From positions 32,001 to 96,000 of the IMG/VR virus record IMGVR_UViG_3300028581_000018: a stretch of 64,000 nucleotides of DNA. One strand, 5' to 3'. The notes below the pieces were generated by a model, which saw nothing but the letters and a program-made list of their open reading frames with translations, made no database searches and was not told the DNA's origin. Shown piece by piece: positions 12,201 to 19,100 of this stretch (its first letter is position 1; every line of letters starts with the position of its first letter). This stretch comes from a virus. The translations under genes were made by a program, and so were the position numbers.

Positions 12201-12413
12201 AAAATATGATAAACCTGATATTAACTCAGGTACCATCATGGCATATGCTAATGCTGTATTCTCATCATTATTTTTACGAACTAATGAATATATTTTTTGA
12301 GCAAACGGTACCACAGAAAAATTTTTCTGATCTGCAGTAATCATTTTCTGAATGTCTTTTAATAGAAGAGCACTTACTCGTTGTATTTGCTCTTTTGGTA
12401 TAGCACAGTTCAT
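264..12413 (-). CDS. Virion RNA polymerase polyprotein (crAss-type double-psi beta-barrel RNAP) with N-proximal zincin domain and C-terminal Macro, SLOG, DUF4326-like and AlkB-like domains
   Basis: 4049 aa. RIPVQG...SGGDFDFDK catalytic signature (DFDFD at 5991-6005) as in phi14:2 gp66-type RNAPs. HEAWH...EEYLAE zincin motif (10374-10388). Accessory domains at about 690-2915. Confidence 0.92.
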   Translation of the reverse strand: MNCAIPKEQIQRVSALLLKDIQKMITADQKNFSVVPFAQKIYSLVRKNNDENTALAYAMMVPELISGLSYFVPEVKRYLARINYSDKLSISIETFKDIEEVKKLITTITGSLQTILEIIDSQRIVLGQYEATEDNKRKIELNTSEPVFTYSSSPNTDTREQAFQIEQEKVTVPIQTLRDEEDPVKNRIYKFKEKVSKQQKNNEETVPGQPLMYNGKPLYYTMMAHQNLDIELDKEYLGSGDFASMNRFQRSNLYNRRENLTILIVTDAKGVPYLFDNEGNITEDGTGGVIYNFTRNKDKIATLKSREAIAAQLELIKRLEETKKYVTENNTQVTMPITSIGSSNYDNTPGLLRDIRIDASDEQIDSEDWIRRKGIFDKFLKITNLVRNLSDEHVEAVKPYFKDVPGLTEAIIMLLSEQNILVDNINISSDTRYKYLETFFVKIGNNLLTTVKATDRPQVIYNKSAETVTIKDADGKETQYKIGDENLKSALEEVFKQNILVNINLTNFTNGIYTNIKVENGELKVKDNSNYYSWLYNNIKVRASKPNAEGQIVALNPLFRYTLPDLDTLQKTPEVEQETSPAEEKTVEEQDNENLNPGNPDLFNLSFDDLFRATNLENAVTEEQIRDAEKWWANSPLSKVIPLNRLLSIVNSNAWATFSRSGITLYKGSSSVDIYHEAWHGFTQLYLTTEEKVKLYKEVRKKPGVFTTVNGEVVSFSDASFFQIEEYLAEQFRDYARFQNPEKGSPAKNTIFRKIWNLLKALFGGTNRNAVYVDAMSVPAVAEAFEKLYFGKLLNLQPNINNSMFDVLNRAKSVKDDKTPLNIEDEEFDLIRQSIDGLVAKALINTELDGTRSNNLAFLYSSKGRTTIFEGILNTFKNKLADINEELDSLEEKPNNLLDQKRLLEIVIENFGDIESFANNKKTNGILAAYAQTSSAAITNLVVAEEDIDIDVDADTSNNSELLQQGGDKRANSRPMKDYLPKELTTILRIIPSFKKATQKEINSKSYDFSIGEEKFVYIKNKLGFPINQEFGPTLNALQKTVVGVKTYTEMLDAIKKSSDAFPVLKVIYELLPKEHTTNRALAQDITGNRVRILLEVLLNFHSAFDKASVEALINTKSNVLVDENTTDTKQTFTSGKATNSVGNVYRRWQNIFVNVAPRVNNEAVLNTNNLPNRVNTFEEAFEFFERLGVQLTKTTKEVIQAQKSGITLNELLSAANKMLDDIRINPNNKKLKSNPLQAFIERSTDSKISNQRTILRKIAQIEIKYNPLFNDSIILNANGDLVSSISLHNSMTRKIMYLNESINLLDASGFNVEFSEELNPFFKYSIIREKLFYEDESRNNLNKLELMFHVGYQQLDEYDNIENASSATDLTINQKFITDFYSFILHGYMPTLVHESKSSVYVPMITDKNGSAELYLQPKLFENTLLPDDALRLLQRYIKAEYERIVLFKTNETYKQNQALNKDGAGEKFTAFDDILSPKTKGALYADIEKGLTSDESVRKNIDAIKEDLKYYFTEVNKQNQNRYDQSAPLVPVDETELRKFNLNVKDAELNKTLVRAYTVNYFIHRFEMNNFFYGDMAQYNHKKEAGTKYNAGAGSGGPGFISDEWVLQAINKAYPKVYSEKVMSELRPDGVVKETTSILNTAIIQEDTGLRSVSLNEMIEAVVKLKAAREKRSQKAVRQEVVESLEKAYGKEMKIGDGHAYMTIDTYRHLKIAQNNWLPEQEALYQKIVNGEKLDANDAKVFFPTYKLQMYGNLQTDAPITALHKFSISPLLPNVHEDSLLNDIHNLMIINNIDYITYPSGSKISNLGNPTDLYENGDRNKINMSTEFTVNPVNLAYLKEVTSNTNVWKAGQTFATQMRKLIVENLYLNGIIIEDKKELEKDYLRLVDEVTKNLEKDFLDEIGWVKEGNTYSGPVERLAAFLQTQLRKKNLPEHIVKQISVDANGNLTNDLSALPNAQTIEAIMFSTISRRLIKQKSYGEGLVQVPGSFWRKANESERKKWLGTNEFLPFYKYNPKKIQAAKVAITLHGDFINLFQRKDLNGNIIAVYDIVEEEDGTKKRVLDIEASRVKLNQLIKNDKWLHQDDNRQAISILGVRIPVQGQGSIDALEVYEFLPIGTGNIIVLPSEIVGKSGGDFDFDKLPSLFPRINKNGKIISAKKYKTRQDLLDELSRLEKENNLDKKDVIERVKMLIKDLKADKKVNKETISNIIRNLEYAKVRRKLIIEEINKIINDNRENGQLQFLPSPLQKVLSKPDYTDGDIIKALRISSKILTKDTSRSILEKFSKRLFDQIKEFDRFKDESGNLDKELKNAFQDKNQLNKEIEESIEDLKEIIYVLDVENNYVGALQTDLLETSLEIILSPQNYESLITPNSTDIFDDLADKLKRLTQTYDPLLNFSGESTGVISPTRLFESDYNLSKYEAYMTAMDALGIGAIMTTYNILLNSLKGVSPKEYVISTGSGNNKEDYTVPIRMLLPKNVTKEGNISLHNTYSYRTDKKAPLVRISDIFSQMINGWVDVGANPWIFYIQGNKEITPVLMYMLMAGVPVEHAVYFVSQPLVRRFIALKKERGASEAYKILLNNKNKNVIILNSLNNEEEFQLNDLKDQLIPTKVDKEYQEKVLRHFIEISNISEAFTKFSRATNVDTTRENSYLSTREREASLNELLYDGRIDRSLVDAIQNSEKSMIGSFFIGDFSIALTKSVLPFRFDARIDNFINKLSGKIETDNTEFNSLQEGYRRLSNSQTSNKATGTELLDAAFRDELVLALYQNAVRGFRLGVSDSYKGFGVSETVPVQYVDYLKKGVYLTKDKIYISASEIQRKYESLSNDFRNKEFPTIHEYTRFLIERAIVELTQPNSTDVQKENRAYINSFNLYKLFQDPGSSFANVFYRNILKKDFSEELTEQFPVLSYFLTNSKKYPGYVILDFIGKSIDEITATSYHSQLKQLKDFTAVKNRMPNLSDSNIKLINYVFTMLPQIAFLQNGFSKNVSNLVNLVDLSEVNATIQDAISGFNFSEQSLLNFAEGFISGQTRKTTVPVRQYSLAPVKIDRSELVPGAFSYRLPGGETIRSNYVPSKNFRNLLFTNEQYGYSKPYDYYDLVIKQDQTGGVYVVYPTTLDKTEAARSPYLRNTTTRAKYLPISIGFKEVGDGFIEGGQPTQSTKAPVSNDKVLEGDIFALPGIPVITTNLGGVHGAGLAQAAKAKGLVKQGEGNFKATDDVVQLPVKKKWSDDMSMNNNMELLKESLRSLIKVSKENPTKTYLLPLAGLGHGEGSIEEILPLLIKTVQASPNIKLVIPSENVNLGRQGTVRKDYTRENLPKIKEMLANAGISSVQRTTQPSTSIGGFQGYKGDFENTGKGTPEGDGKDKAMRAVADSFVVEVSNTNPSSSLTSLKTGSIIEQKGTKEQTVARSTKNLADPGKAVMLARNGSLKGKPLLQETKDMIKFYHDDFNMEFVVGDMPNVDSQFIDYLQEIGAKFAVYHTGATSRIKVKETTQPSTSVKPTIDTSREWKGDLKTAEVYDKNNPKLVNTMRTEAAKPNEHFGNPFSEAGYGGTIKVAGISEAVRAYKDWLLGVDEPISDYMEYSVATTGKEMELRDTLLQDVNEKQREWILNQINQGKLDGATLLYAGKSAARGQGMHPTALAEVVEQLRTTTQPTQAPVSTNQQVVSEPYGVVVAETKPSVDKTQDFIDIIQPQIRAQAYKENASGTANDMFMYGLRWTRKSTAKAPLNNKSYANAGLATTDAKAKDNYVYDTVDQNGNPLAPVSNLQPIIEEIQNTLGIDMSNYDAVIGNIYLPGQNIATHRDTTESLSARNYPVVVYTIGNNSGIGIYEDKNNPGSPSFRSDSRKEIPTQNGTIYTFGMDGKGRFELAHDTPKGVKRDQKFPPITLPNGTVIENYTITLTFRRAADLTPGMPTAPAKLTSQQRTTQPSPVVQGTTPSIEDAKKRINEQLSQIEEILSNPRNAVVMDMSLLINDILKQNTPQIAGSKVIAEYLYGELYKRFNLPVPGSSKFGVMDLIIENQEGIAGETLVSEDLIGLDLDGTCFRV
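611..2944. repeat. Five dispersed linker repeats (core TTGAGTAG, encoding T/P-T-Q-P/S linkers) separating the vRNAP C-terminal domains
   Basis: 1917-1937 = 2391-2411 (21/21). 622-639 = 2401-2418 (18/18). 1428-1456 vs 2916-2944 (27/29). Confidence 0.85.
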
Positions 12414-12417
12414 ATGT

Positions 12418-15400
12418 TTAACACTTTGAATTATTACCTATATCGTCTTCTAGACTAGAATCATCTTGATCTAAAAAGGGATTTTCTTCACCAAATGTAG
12501 TTCTAGGTTCACTTTTAATAGCATCTAAGTTTTCATTGGTTAATTCCAGGTTTATCCGTTCTTCTTGAGATAGTACAACAGGTTCATCCTCAACACTTAA
12601 AAGTAGGTCAAATGAATTTTGAAAATCTTTCACACTCATTTTTTCTTTTACTGAAGGATTATTTACCAAAGATATCACTATTTCTCCTCTTGCCTCATTA
12701 TAAGATACAACTTTATAAGCAGTATCTACACTTTGCACATCACTTTTCCTAAAGAAATATGTGTTTTTTGATATGCTTTCTAGATCTGGTAGTAGGGCGA
12801 GCTCCGCGCGCTTTGCTTCAATAGCATCACTGAGCTCTTGATTAAGTGTAGAAGTAGGAAACTGGAATCTGAAATTAAAAGCTTCTTTTACAACACCTGA
12901 AAGCTGGCTTAAATTTGTAACAGCACCAAGCATTCCTAGTATGTTTTGACGTTGTTCTGATGCTCGATTAAAGATTGTAGCATCTGACACGCGCATCCTA
13001 CCAACAACACCATTAGTTTCTGCGTCAACTAGATTAACTACATCTTCATATATTACATCAAAAGCTTCACCCGGTACAACAGATTCTTTTTGAAGACTTA
13101 GCTTTATGATGTCTCCCTGGTTTAAAAGAATGTTTGCGTCTAAGAATACCCCAACCCGTAACGTTTTACCATTTACTTTTAGAATTAAACTTCTAGAACT
13201 TCCATATTCAAAGTATTCGCCGTAGAGTTCTTGTCCAGAATTTAAAAGCTCTCTTACAAGTTTTGCTTTAGCGTCAACACGGTCACTAGGTCTTGAGTTA
13301 TCAATCTTAGTTAGTACAGCTTCTTGTTCTGCTGTAAGACTAACTGTGTTCTCATTAGTAAATGTTGTAGTTTCTCCACCGGTATCTTCACTTTCTAAAA
13401 CAGCTATTTCTTCATCAAATTTCTTTTTTAACTCATTTAATATATCTACTCTTCCTTGATCTTTAGCTGTTTGCATTGCTTTGAAAAATGCTTCTGCTAC
13501 AATTTGACGATCCTCAGATTGTGTATTTTTATCTGGATGTACGAGTTTAGCATATTCTTTAAACAATCGTGCAGCTTCTGCTTTATTTGTTTTTACTACC
13601 TCACCCTTAAGAGTTTTATTGATAGCATCAAACATTTGAGATCCTAAGTTATCAGGTATAAACTCACCTCTAACAACTTTACCTGGTTGATTTTCACTAA
13701 AATCAAATAATGATTCGGATCCAAATACTTTTGATATAGTATCATTAATTCTCTTTATTATATCCCCTTTATCAGAAACAGTAGTACCTTCTAAAGCAGC
13801 TAGTTCTGCATCATATTTAGCATTGATTTCTTTATTTCTTTTTTGAACTTCTGGCATCCATACATTGTCAGGTAAAGAAGCTCTATTATTTTTAGCATAT
13901 TCAGCGACCTGTTCTCTTTCTTCTTGTCTTCTTCTTTCTATAGCAGTAACCTCCTTAAACAATGCTGGATATCTAGTAACTACACTTCCTGCTACTACAG
14001 GCTCTTTAGGATTCTCTAACAAGAATTTTGCAAGTCTTGTTAGCTCTTTAAATTCAGCAGGAGTTATCTTTTGTTTTTCATCTTCTAACGCATCTGCTCC
14101 TTCACCCTCTCCAGTTTCTTCTCCTGATGGCTCTTCTTCTTCTGCTCCTGTTTCTTCTTCTGTTACCTCTTTTAGTCTATTACCTAGTGCTTCATCTACA
14201 ATCTCTTCTAATGTCATTTCTTTCTTGGTTGTATCACTAGGAACATCGCTTGTGAATACTACATGTTTTTCATTGACGTTGATGGTTATAAAGGGCGCAT
14301 CCGCTGTGAGCTTTTGAGTACCTACTTTTGCTGGAGTTTTAATAGACGATATTTTTGCGTCGCCATCATACTCTACCTCAAGAGGTAATATCCCCAGGTT
14401 TATTTTGTCAAGACCAGTAATTTCCTGTAAGATCTTTTTGTAAATAATCTGTTGTAGAGCATTTTTTATATATGTTCTATATGCATCCGCTCCTGTAGAA
14501 TATTTTGACCATTTAGATTTCTTACCGGTTTTTACATCTACAATCCACCACTCTGAGTTTTCGTCAATGAATAGTAAATCCATTTGCCCAGCAACCTTTG
14601 TATTATCAGAATAGATTACATCTGTATTAGAGGCTATTTCTCCAACCGTTTGTTTAAAAGGCTCTAGTATCTTTTGTAGTTGTTTAGCCGCAGCTTCTGA
14701 TAATAAAGACGTTTCTGGAATACTTGTAGCACCAATATCTGCTACAAAATCTCTTACCGCCTCATCAACCTCGTTACCAACATCTCTTGATGCATCATAT
14801 AAACTATTCATTATCTCTTCAGATAATGTATCTAAATAGTTAGTTTGTACCTTAGCCGTTATTGTACTTGATGCTAATACCCCAAGAAAATCAGGCAATC
14901 TTTGAATTGTACGATCTAGTATTTTACCAGCTTTTTCAGAACTAACTTTACCACCAGTTATACTAACAAGCTCTCTTTGCATATGCGCGCGCACATCTGT
15001 AGCACGATCACCTTTTAACGCATTAGCTAATTGTGTAAGGTATAGTGTTACCTCAGCATTTGGCGCTAAACCAAAAGGCTCTTGTCTAAAATACTTTTCT
15101 AGTATTTTTTCAACTATTAAACTCACCCTAGCATACTCTTCTTCTTTAATGATATATGCTTCAGATGATTTTACTGGAGTACCATCAGGATTTTTCTCTA
15201 CACTAGCCATTCTTTGTCTAATAGAATCTAGAACTTTTTCAATTTCTTGTTCTATTAAAAAGATGTCTTTGTTTGTATAGAGAGCATACTGTTTTATAAA
15301 AGCATCCAGCGCGTTTATATCATTTGCTAAAGCTGTGTATTCACGAGTTCTAGTTGTAAGTGTAGCTAGTTTAGATTTTAAAGATTTTAGCAAACTCCTC

Positions 15401-16155
15401 AAATACAATAAAGACATATCTGTAGATATCTCTTCGCCTGTTGTACCAAGTTTTATATTTGCTGGTTTTGTTTTAGCAGGGGTTCCTGTAGATGGCACCG
15501 TGGCAAGTGCTGTGTTGTATTGGCTTATAATACTTACCGCTGTGCTTGTAGATAAAAACTTACTTATATCAGTGTATAACGTTGGATTAGCTCTTTGAGC
15601 ATTTGCAAATGCTGTATCTAATTTAGTTTTTAATTCTCTTAGTGCTTGATAAGTAGCATCAGTATCAGGTAATAACTCAAAATCTTCATAAGTAATATCA
15701 CCAATTGATATTTCTTCATTAGGCACCAGCTTAGTTGTCTTTTCTTCTTCCTCTTCTTCTTCCGCTGGAGTAGGGGTAATAGGTGTTGCACTTGTAGATG
15801 TAGTGCTTAATGTAGTACCTGGTATTTTAAATCCAATATACAAGAACACTTTTTCTAATCCTTCTACAGGACTAGTAAACTTATTGATCATATCTACTAA
15901 CGCCGTTTCACGTATTGGCGTAGCATCAAGCACTGACTTAAATACAGGTATACTTCTACCTTTACCAATAATAGCAAATGCTGTTTGTACAAATAATGCT
16001 GCCCTACTAACACTCCCCGTGCTAGTAGCAACAAGATTGAACAGATCATTCATGTAAACGTCTATGTCAAACGTAGCAGGATCCGCATTAATATGCGCAT
16101 ATACATCATTTGCTAAATCAGAAATCTGCTCTTTAGTTAATGCACAAGTTATCAT
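12418..16155 (-). CDS. Giant ejected/cargo protein with PD-(D/E)XK nuclease and J-domain
   Basis: 1245 aa. VAGQMDLLFID...VDVKTG...LQQIIY nuclease motifs. KEYAKLVHPDKN J-domain (HPD at 13531-13539). ATGA overlap with the upstream gene. Confidence 0.8.
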   Translation of the reverse strand: MITCALTKEQISDLANDVYAHINADPATFDIDVYMNDLFNLVATSTGSVSRAALFVQTAFAIIGKGRSIPVFKSVLDATPIRETALVDMINKFTSPVEGLEKVFLYIGFKIPGTTLSTTSTSATPITPTPAEEEEEEEKTTKLVPNEEISIGDITYEDFELLPDTDATYQALRELKTKLDTAFANAQRANPTLYTDISKFLSTSTAVSIISQYNTALATVPSTGTPAKTKPANIKLGTTGEEISTDMSLLYLRSLLKSLKSKLATLTTRTREYTALANDINALDAFIKQYALYTNKDIFLIEQEIEKVLDSIRQRMASVEKNPDGTPVKSSEAYIIKEEEYARVSLIVEKILEKYFRQEPFGLAPNAEVTLYLTQLANALKGDRATDVRAHMQRELVSITGGKVSSEKAGKILDRTIQRLPDFLGVLASSTITAKVQTNYLDTLSEEIMNSLYDASRDVGNEVDEAVRDFVADIGATSIPETSLLSEAAAKQLQKILEPFKQTVGEIASNTDVIYSDNTKVAGQMDLLFIDENSEWWIVDVKTGKKSKWSKYSTGADAYRTYIKNALQQIIYKKILQEITGLDKINLGILPLEVEYDGDAKISSIKTPAKVGTQKLTADAPFITINVNEKHVVFTSDVPSDTTKKEMTLEEIVDEALGNRLKEVTEEETGAEEEEPSGEETGEGEGADALEDEKQKITPAEFKELTRLAKFLLENPKEPVVAGSVVTRYPALFKEVTAIERRRQEEREQVAEYAKNNRASLPDNVWMPEVQKRNKEINAKYDAELAALEGTTVSDKGDIIKRINDTISKVFGSESLFDFSENQPGKVVRGEFIPDNLGSQMFDAINKTLKGEVVKTNKAEAARLFKEYAKLVHPDKNTQSEDRQIVAEAFFKAMQTAKDQGRVDILNELKKKFDEEIAVLESEDTGGETTTFTNENTVSLTAEQEAVLTKIDNSRPSDRVDAKAKLVRELLNSGQELYGEYFEYGSSRSLILKVNGKTLRVGVFLDANILLNQGDIIKLSLQKESVVPGEAFDVIYEDVVNLVDAETNGVVGRMRVSDATIFNRASEQRQNILGMLGAVTNLSQLSGVVKEAFNFRFQFPTSTLNQELSDAIEAKRAELALLPDLESISKNTYFFRKSDVQSVDTAYKVVSYNEARGEIVISLVNNPSVKEKMSVKDFQNSFDLLLSVEDEPVVLSQEERINLELTNENLDAIKSEPRTTFGEENPFLDQDDSSLEDDIGNNSKC

Positions 16156-19100
16156 TTACAATTAAGATTATTAGATAATTTTTCTCTAGCTGTAAGAACA
16201 TCTGGGCTAAATGTAAAAGTACTATCTACTACACTAGAAACATCACTTACTGTATTATTAGCAAAAGCTCTTTCTTCATCTGTAATATCAGGTGTTTCAC
16301 CACGCTCTTCTGCAGGCACAGCCTCAGAGTTATTTAACTCCCTCGCAATGTTTAAAACTTCAATGTAATTTTCATACTCTAAAGAATCTTCTGTTACTTG
16401 AACACCGCGGCGCACATCAATAAATTCAATAGGTACGTTTTTACCGGGAGGAGAGTTTACATAATTTGTAAACTGTTCCGCGTCAACATATATTTGAAAC
16501 TTATCAGCAAGATAATTCAGAGTAGCATTCTTCTCATGCGCCTTTAAAAAGTTATTTACAATAGTATCAGCATAGGTCTTCTTGTTGTTATAAAGATCCT
16601 GCATAATTAAAAAGTTGCGAGAGTATTGTTCCTCTAATGATGCTGGATCAAACATCGCATCAATATAAGGCTGCATAAATTTTTCATTAGAACTTATTGT
16701 ATGATAATCTAACAACTTATCAATAAACGCCATTGCTTTTTGATCATCTATTTTTGTACCAGATTGTTTAGATAATTTACCTAGTAATTCTTTTGTTTTA
16801 GCATGCACTCTACCTCTTAATGATTGTTGTTCTGCATCAATTTTTGCTTCTTCCTTACGTGTTAAATTTCTTTTTACAGCAGCTGTAGCATTTTTATATG
16901 GAGAAGAAGCTTTTAACAACTGAAGTTTAAGTTGACTATACTTATCAAAACTATTAAGTGTAGTTAACATTTGGATAAGAGAACCTTCTGTGGGTATACC
17001 AAAAATACCAGAGTCAAAAACAGTACCGGTTAATGTTTTTAAAAGATCTTCCTTTTCACTTAAGATTTTTTTATCAGATTCTTTTGTAGATTTTTTTAGA
17101 ATATCAATCTCTTGTTGCAACAGTGAAACCTCATTCTCAGAGTTTTGAGGGTTAAACAACATTGTAAACAAACTATTGGCGCCCCCACCAATTGGTGAGT
17201 CAACAGCCATAGCTTCTGCATAAAGTTTTTCTTTTCTTTCTAGTTGCGCGTCAAAGATAGAACCATTAAATATAGCGTTGGTGATTGTGTGACGATAAGC
17301 ATTCTCTTTTAGTTTAGCTTTTATATACTCTGGTGAGTCTTTAATCATACCTTCTGTTGATGCCTCTGCAGGTAGCTCAAAGTTTTCAGTCATATATTTA
17401 TGACGTTCTCGTATAGCAGCAACTTTTTTCTTGAACTCAGGGACTTCTTGTTTCATCCTCTGAGCTTTTTCTAGAGTTACATTATAAGCATCTGCTACAT
17501 CTTGAGCTTCTTGTTCTTCAATTGTTTCAAGGTTCTCTAGATAGTAATCTAATGTTCCTGTATTGATTGCTGTTAAGATACCGAGAGCTCGCGCGCCATC
17601 TCTCTCATTTTTCTGTTTCCACTCATCATTTCTTAGTTGCGCATCATCCATACCGCGAGCAAACTCATCTTGGGCAGCAACATTAAAAAACCTACTATCA
17701 AACATGACGTCAACATCTTGCATCATCTCAGTAAGAGTCTTAGCTAGTTTTGGCCCGTATTCTTCTTTAGCTTTTAAATAGTTTCCGTATTCAGTTTTAT
17801 CAAAGAAGTAGTTATATGCAATTGGTGCCTTAGCAATAGCCGTATTAATAGGCTTCATGTGAGCACCAATTAAAAACCCTGATAAAAATGTTTCTAACCC
17901 CTGACCACTAAGTTGCTCCTTAGCACCATGAATATATGCAGCTTTGTGAGCAAGAAAGTTTGCAGCAACAGGATTGTTAAAAGCATTGATATAATGTTCT
18001 TTTGCTCCTATAGCAACAGCTTCCTGGAATACTTCCTGGAAACCTTCCATGAAATTTGCAGAGGTATATTTAAGACCTGATAATAATGTCTTGCGCCCTT
18101 CTTTTAAAGATATTTTAGGCAAGAAAGAATCTTTTACCCATTCAACTTTTGGTGCTTTCCCTTTACCACGAATAACATTAAGATAACCACCTTTTCTTTT
18201 TACAACATCTTCTGTAAGTTCACGAATTGGCCTAAACCCTCTAAAGGCATTACCAATAGTAATCCGGTTACTTAAATAGATAATAGGCCAGTTTAATAAA
18301 CCAGCTTCATTACCTGCAGCGCTTGCTTGTTGGTATATCTGTTTTACTTTACCTTCTGAGAGTGGTTGATTATTATTTTTTTCAAGTTCAGTTGCATATA
18401 AGCTTTTGTACACTTCATTATTTACAAAGCCGCCTTCTAAGTTTGATTCTGATAATGCTACAGATACTTCTTTAACATCTCTATAAAAAGCACCACCCGT
18501 TTTAGCAACTTTAGCAAGAGATGTAAGATTCTTTGACTTTCTTAGATCTAAGAACGCCTCTGTAGTTTGACGTAAAGGATTAGCAAAATTTACAAAATCA
18601 TTGCCTGCAGCTTTCCAAAATGTTTTTGCTCGTAATGGGTTTTTAGAAAGAGCTTGTAGAGCTTTTCTGGTTTTATTTATTGCCCCATAAATATCACCAA
18701 CACTACTCACAATTTTACTACCAGATCTAATTGCTGCAGGTACAGCGCCCAATCCTTGTGTAGCAGCGGTAATTAAAGATGCCTCAGCAACAGACTCTGC
18801 AGCAATACCCACAGTATAAGCAAAAGACATCTGGATATTAGATAAACTTGAAAGCATTCCTCCCCTAGATGAGTAACCCATTTCTGTAGCTTTCTCATAT
18901 GCGTCTGCTTGATCTATATTACCGAGAGGTTTATTAGATGAACTTAGCAAATCTGGGATAGACATAAAAGCATCTATGGCTCCTCGAGTTGCAAGAGGCA
19001 TAAAACTCTTAGTCATCATTCTTTTCCAATCATCAAACACAGATGTATTTGCGTTGTATACAGATTCGTTATCGCGAAATGGATTAAAACCTAGTTTGTT

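Noticed and set aside
12414-16160. Frameshift/readthrough fusion, or intein-like ligation, of the giant genes
   Set aside because: No slippery heptamer is evident at the junctions, each gene has its own ATG, and the N-terminal Cys are at positions 3-4 rather than at a splice-type position.
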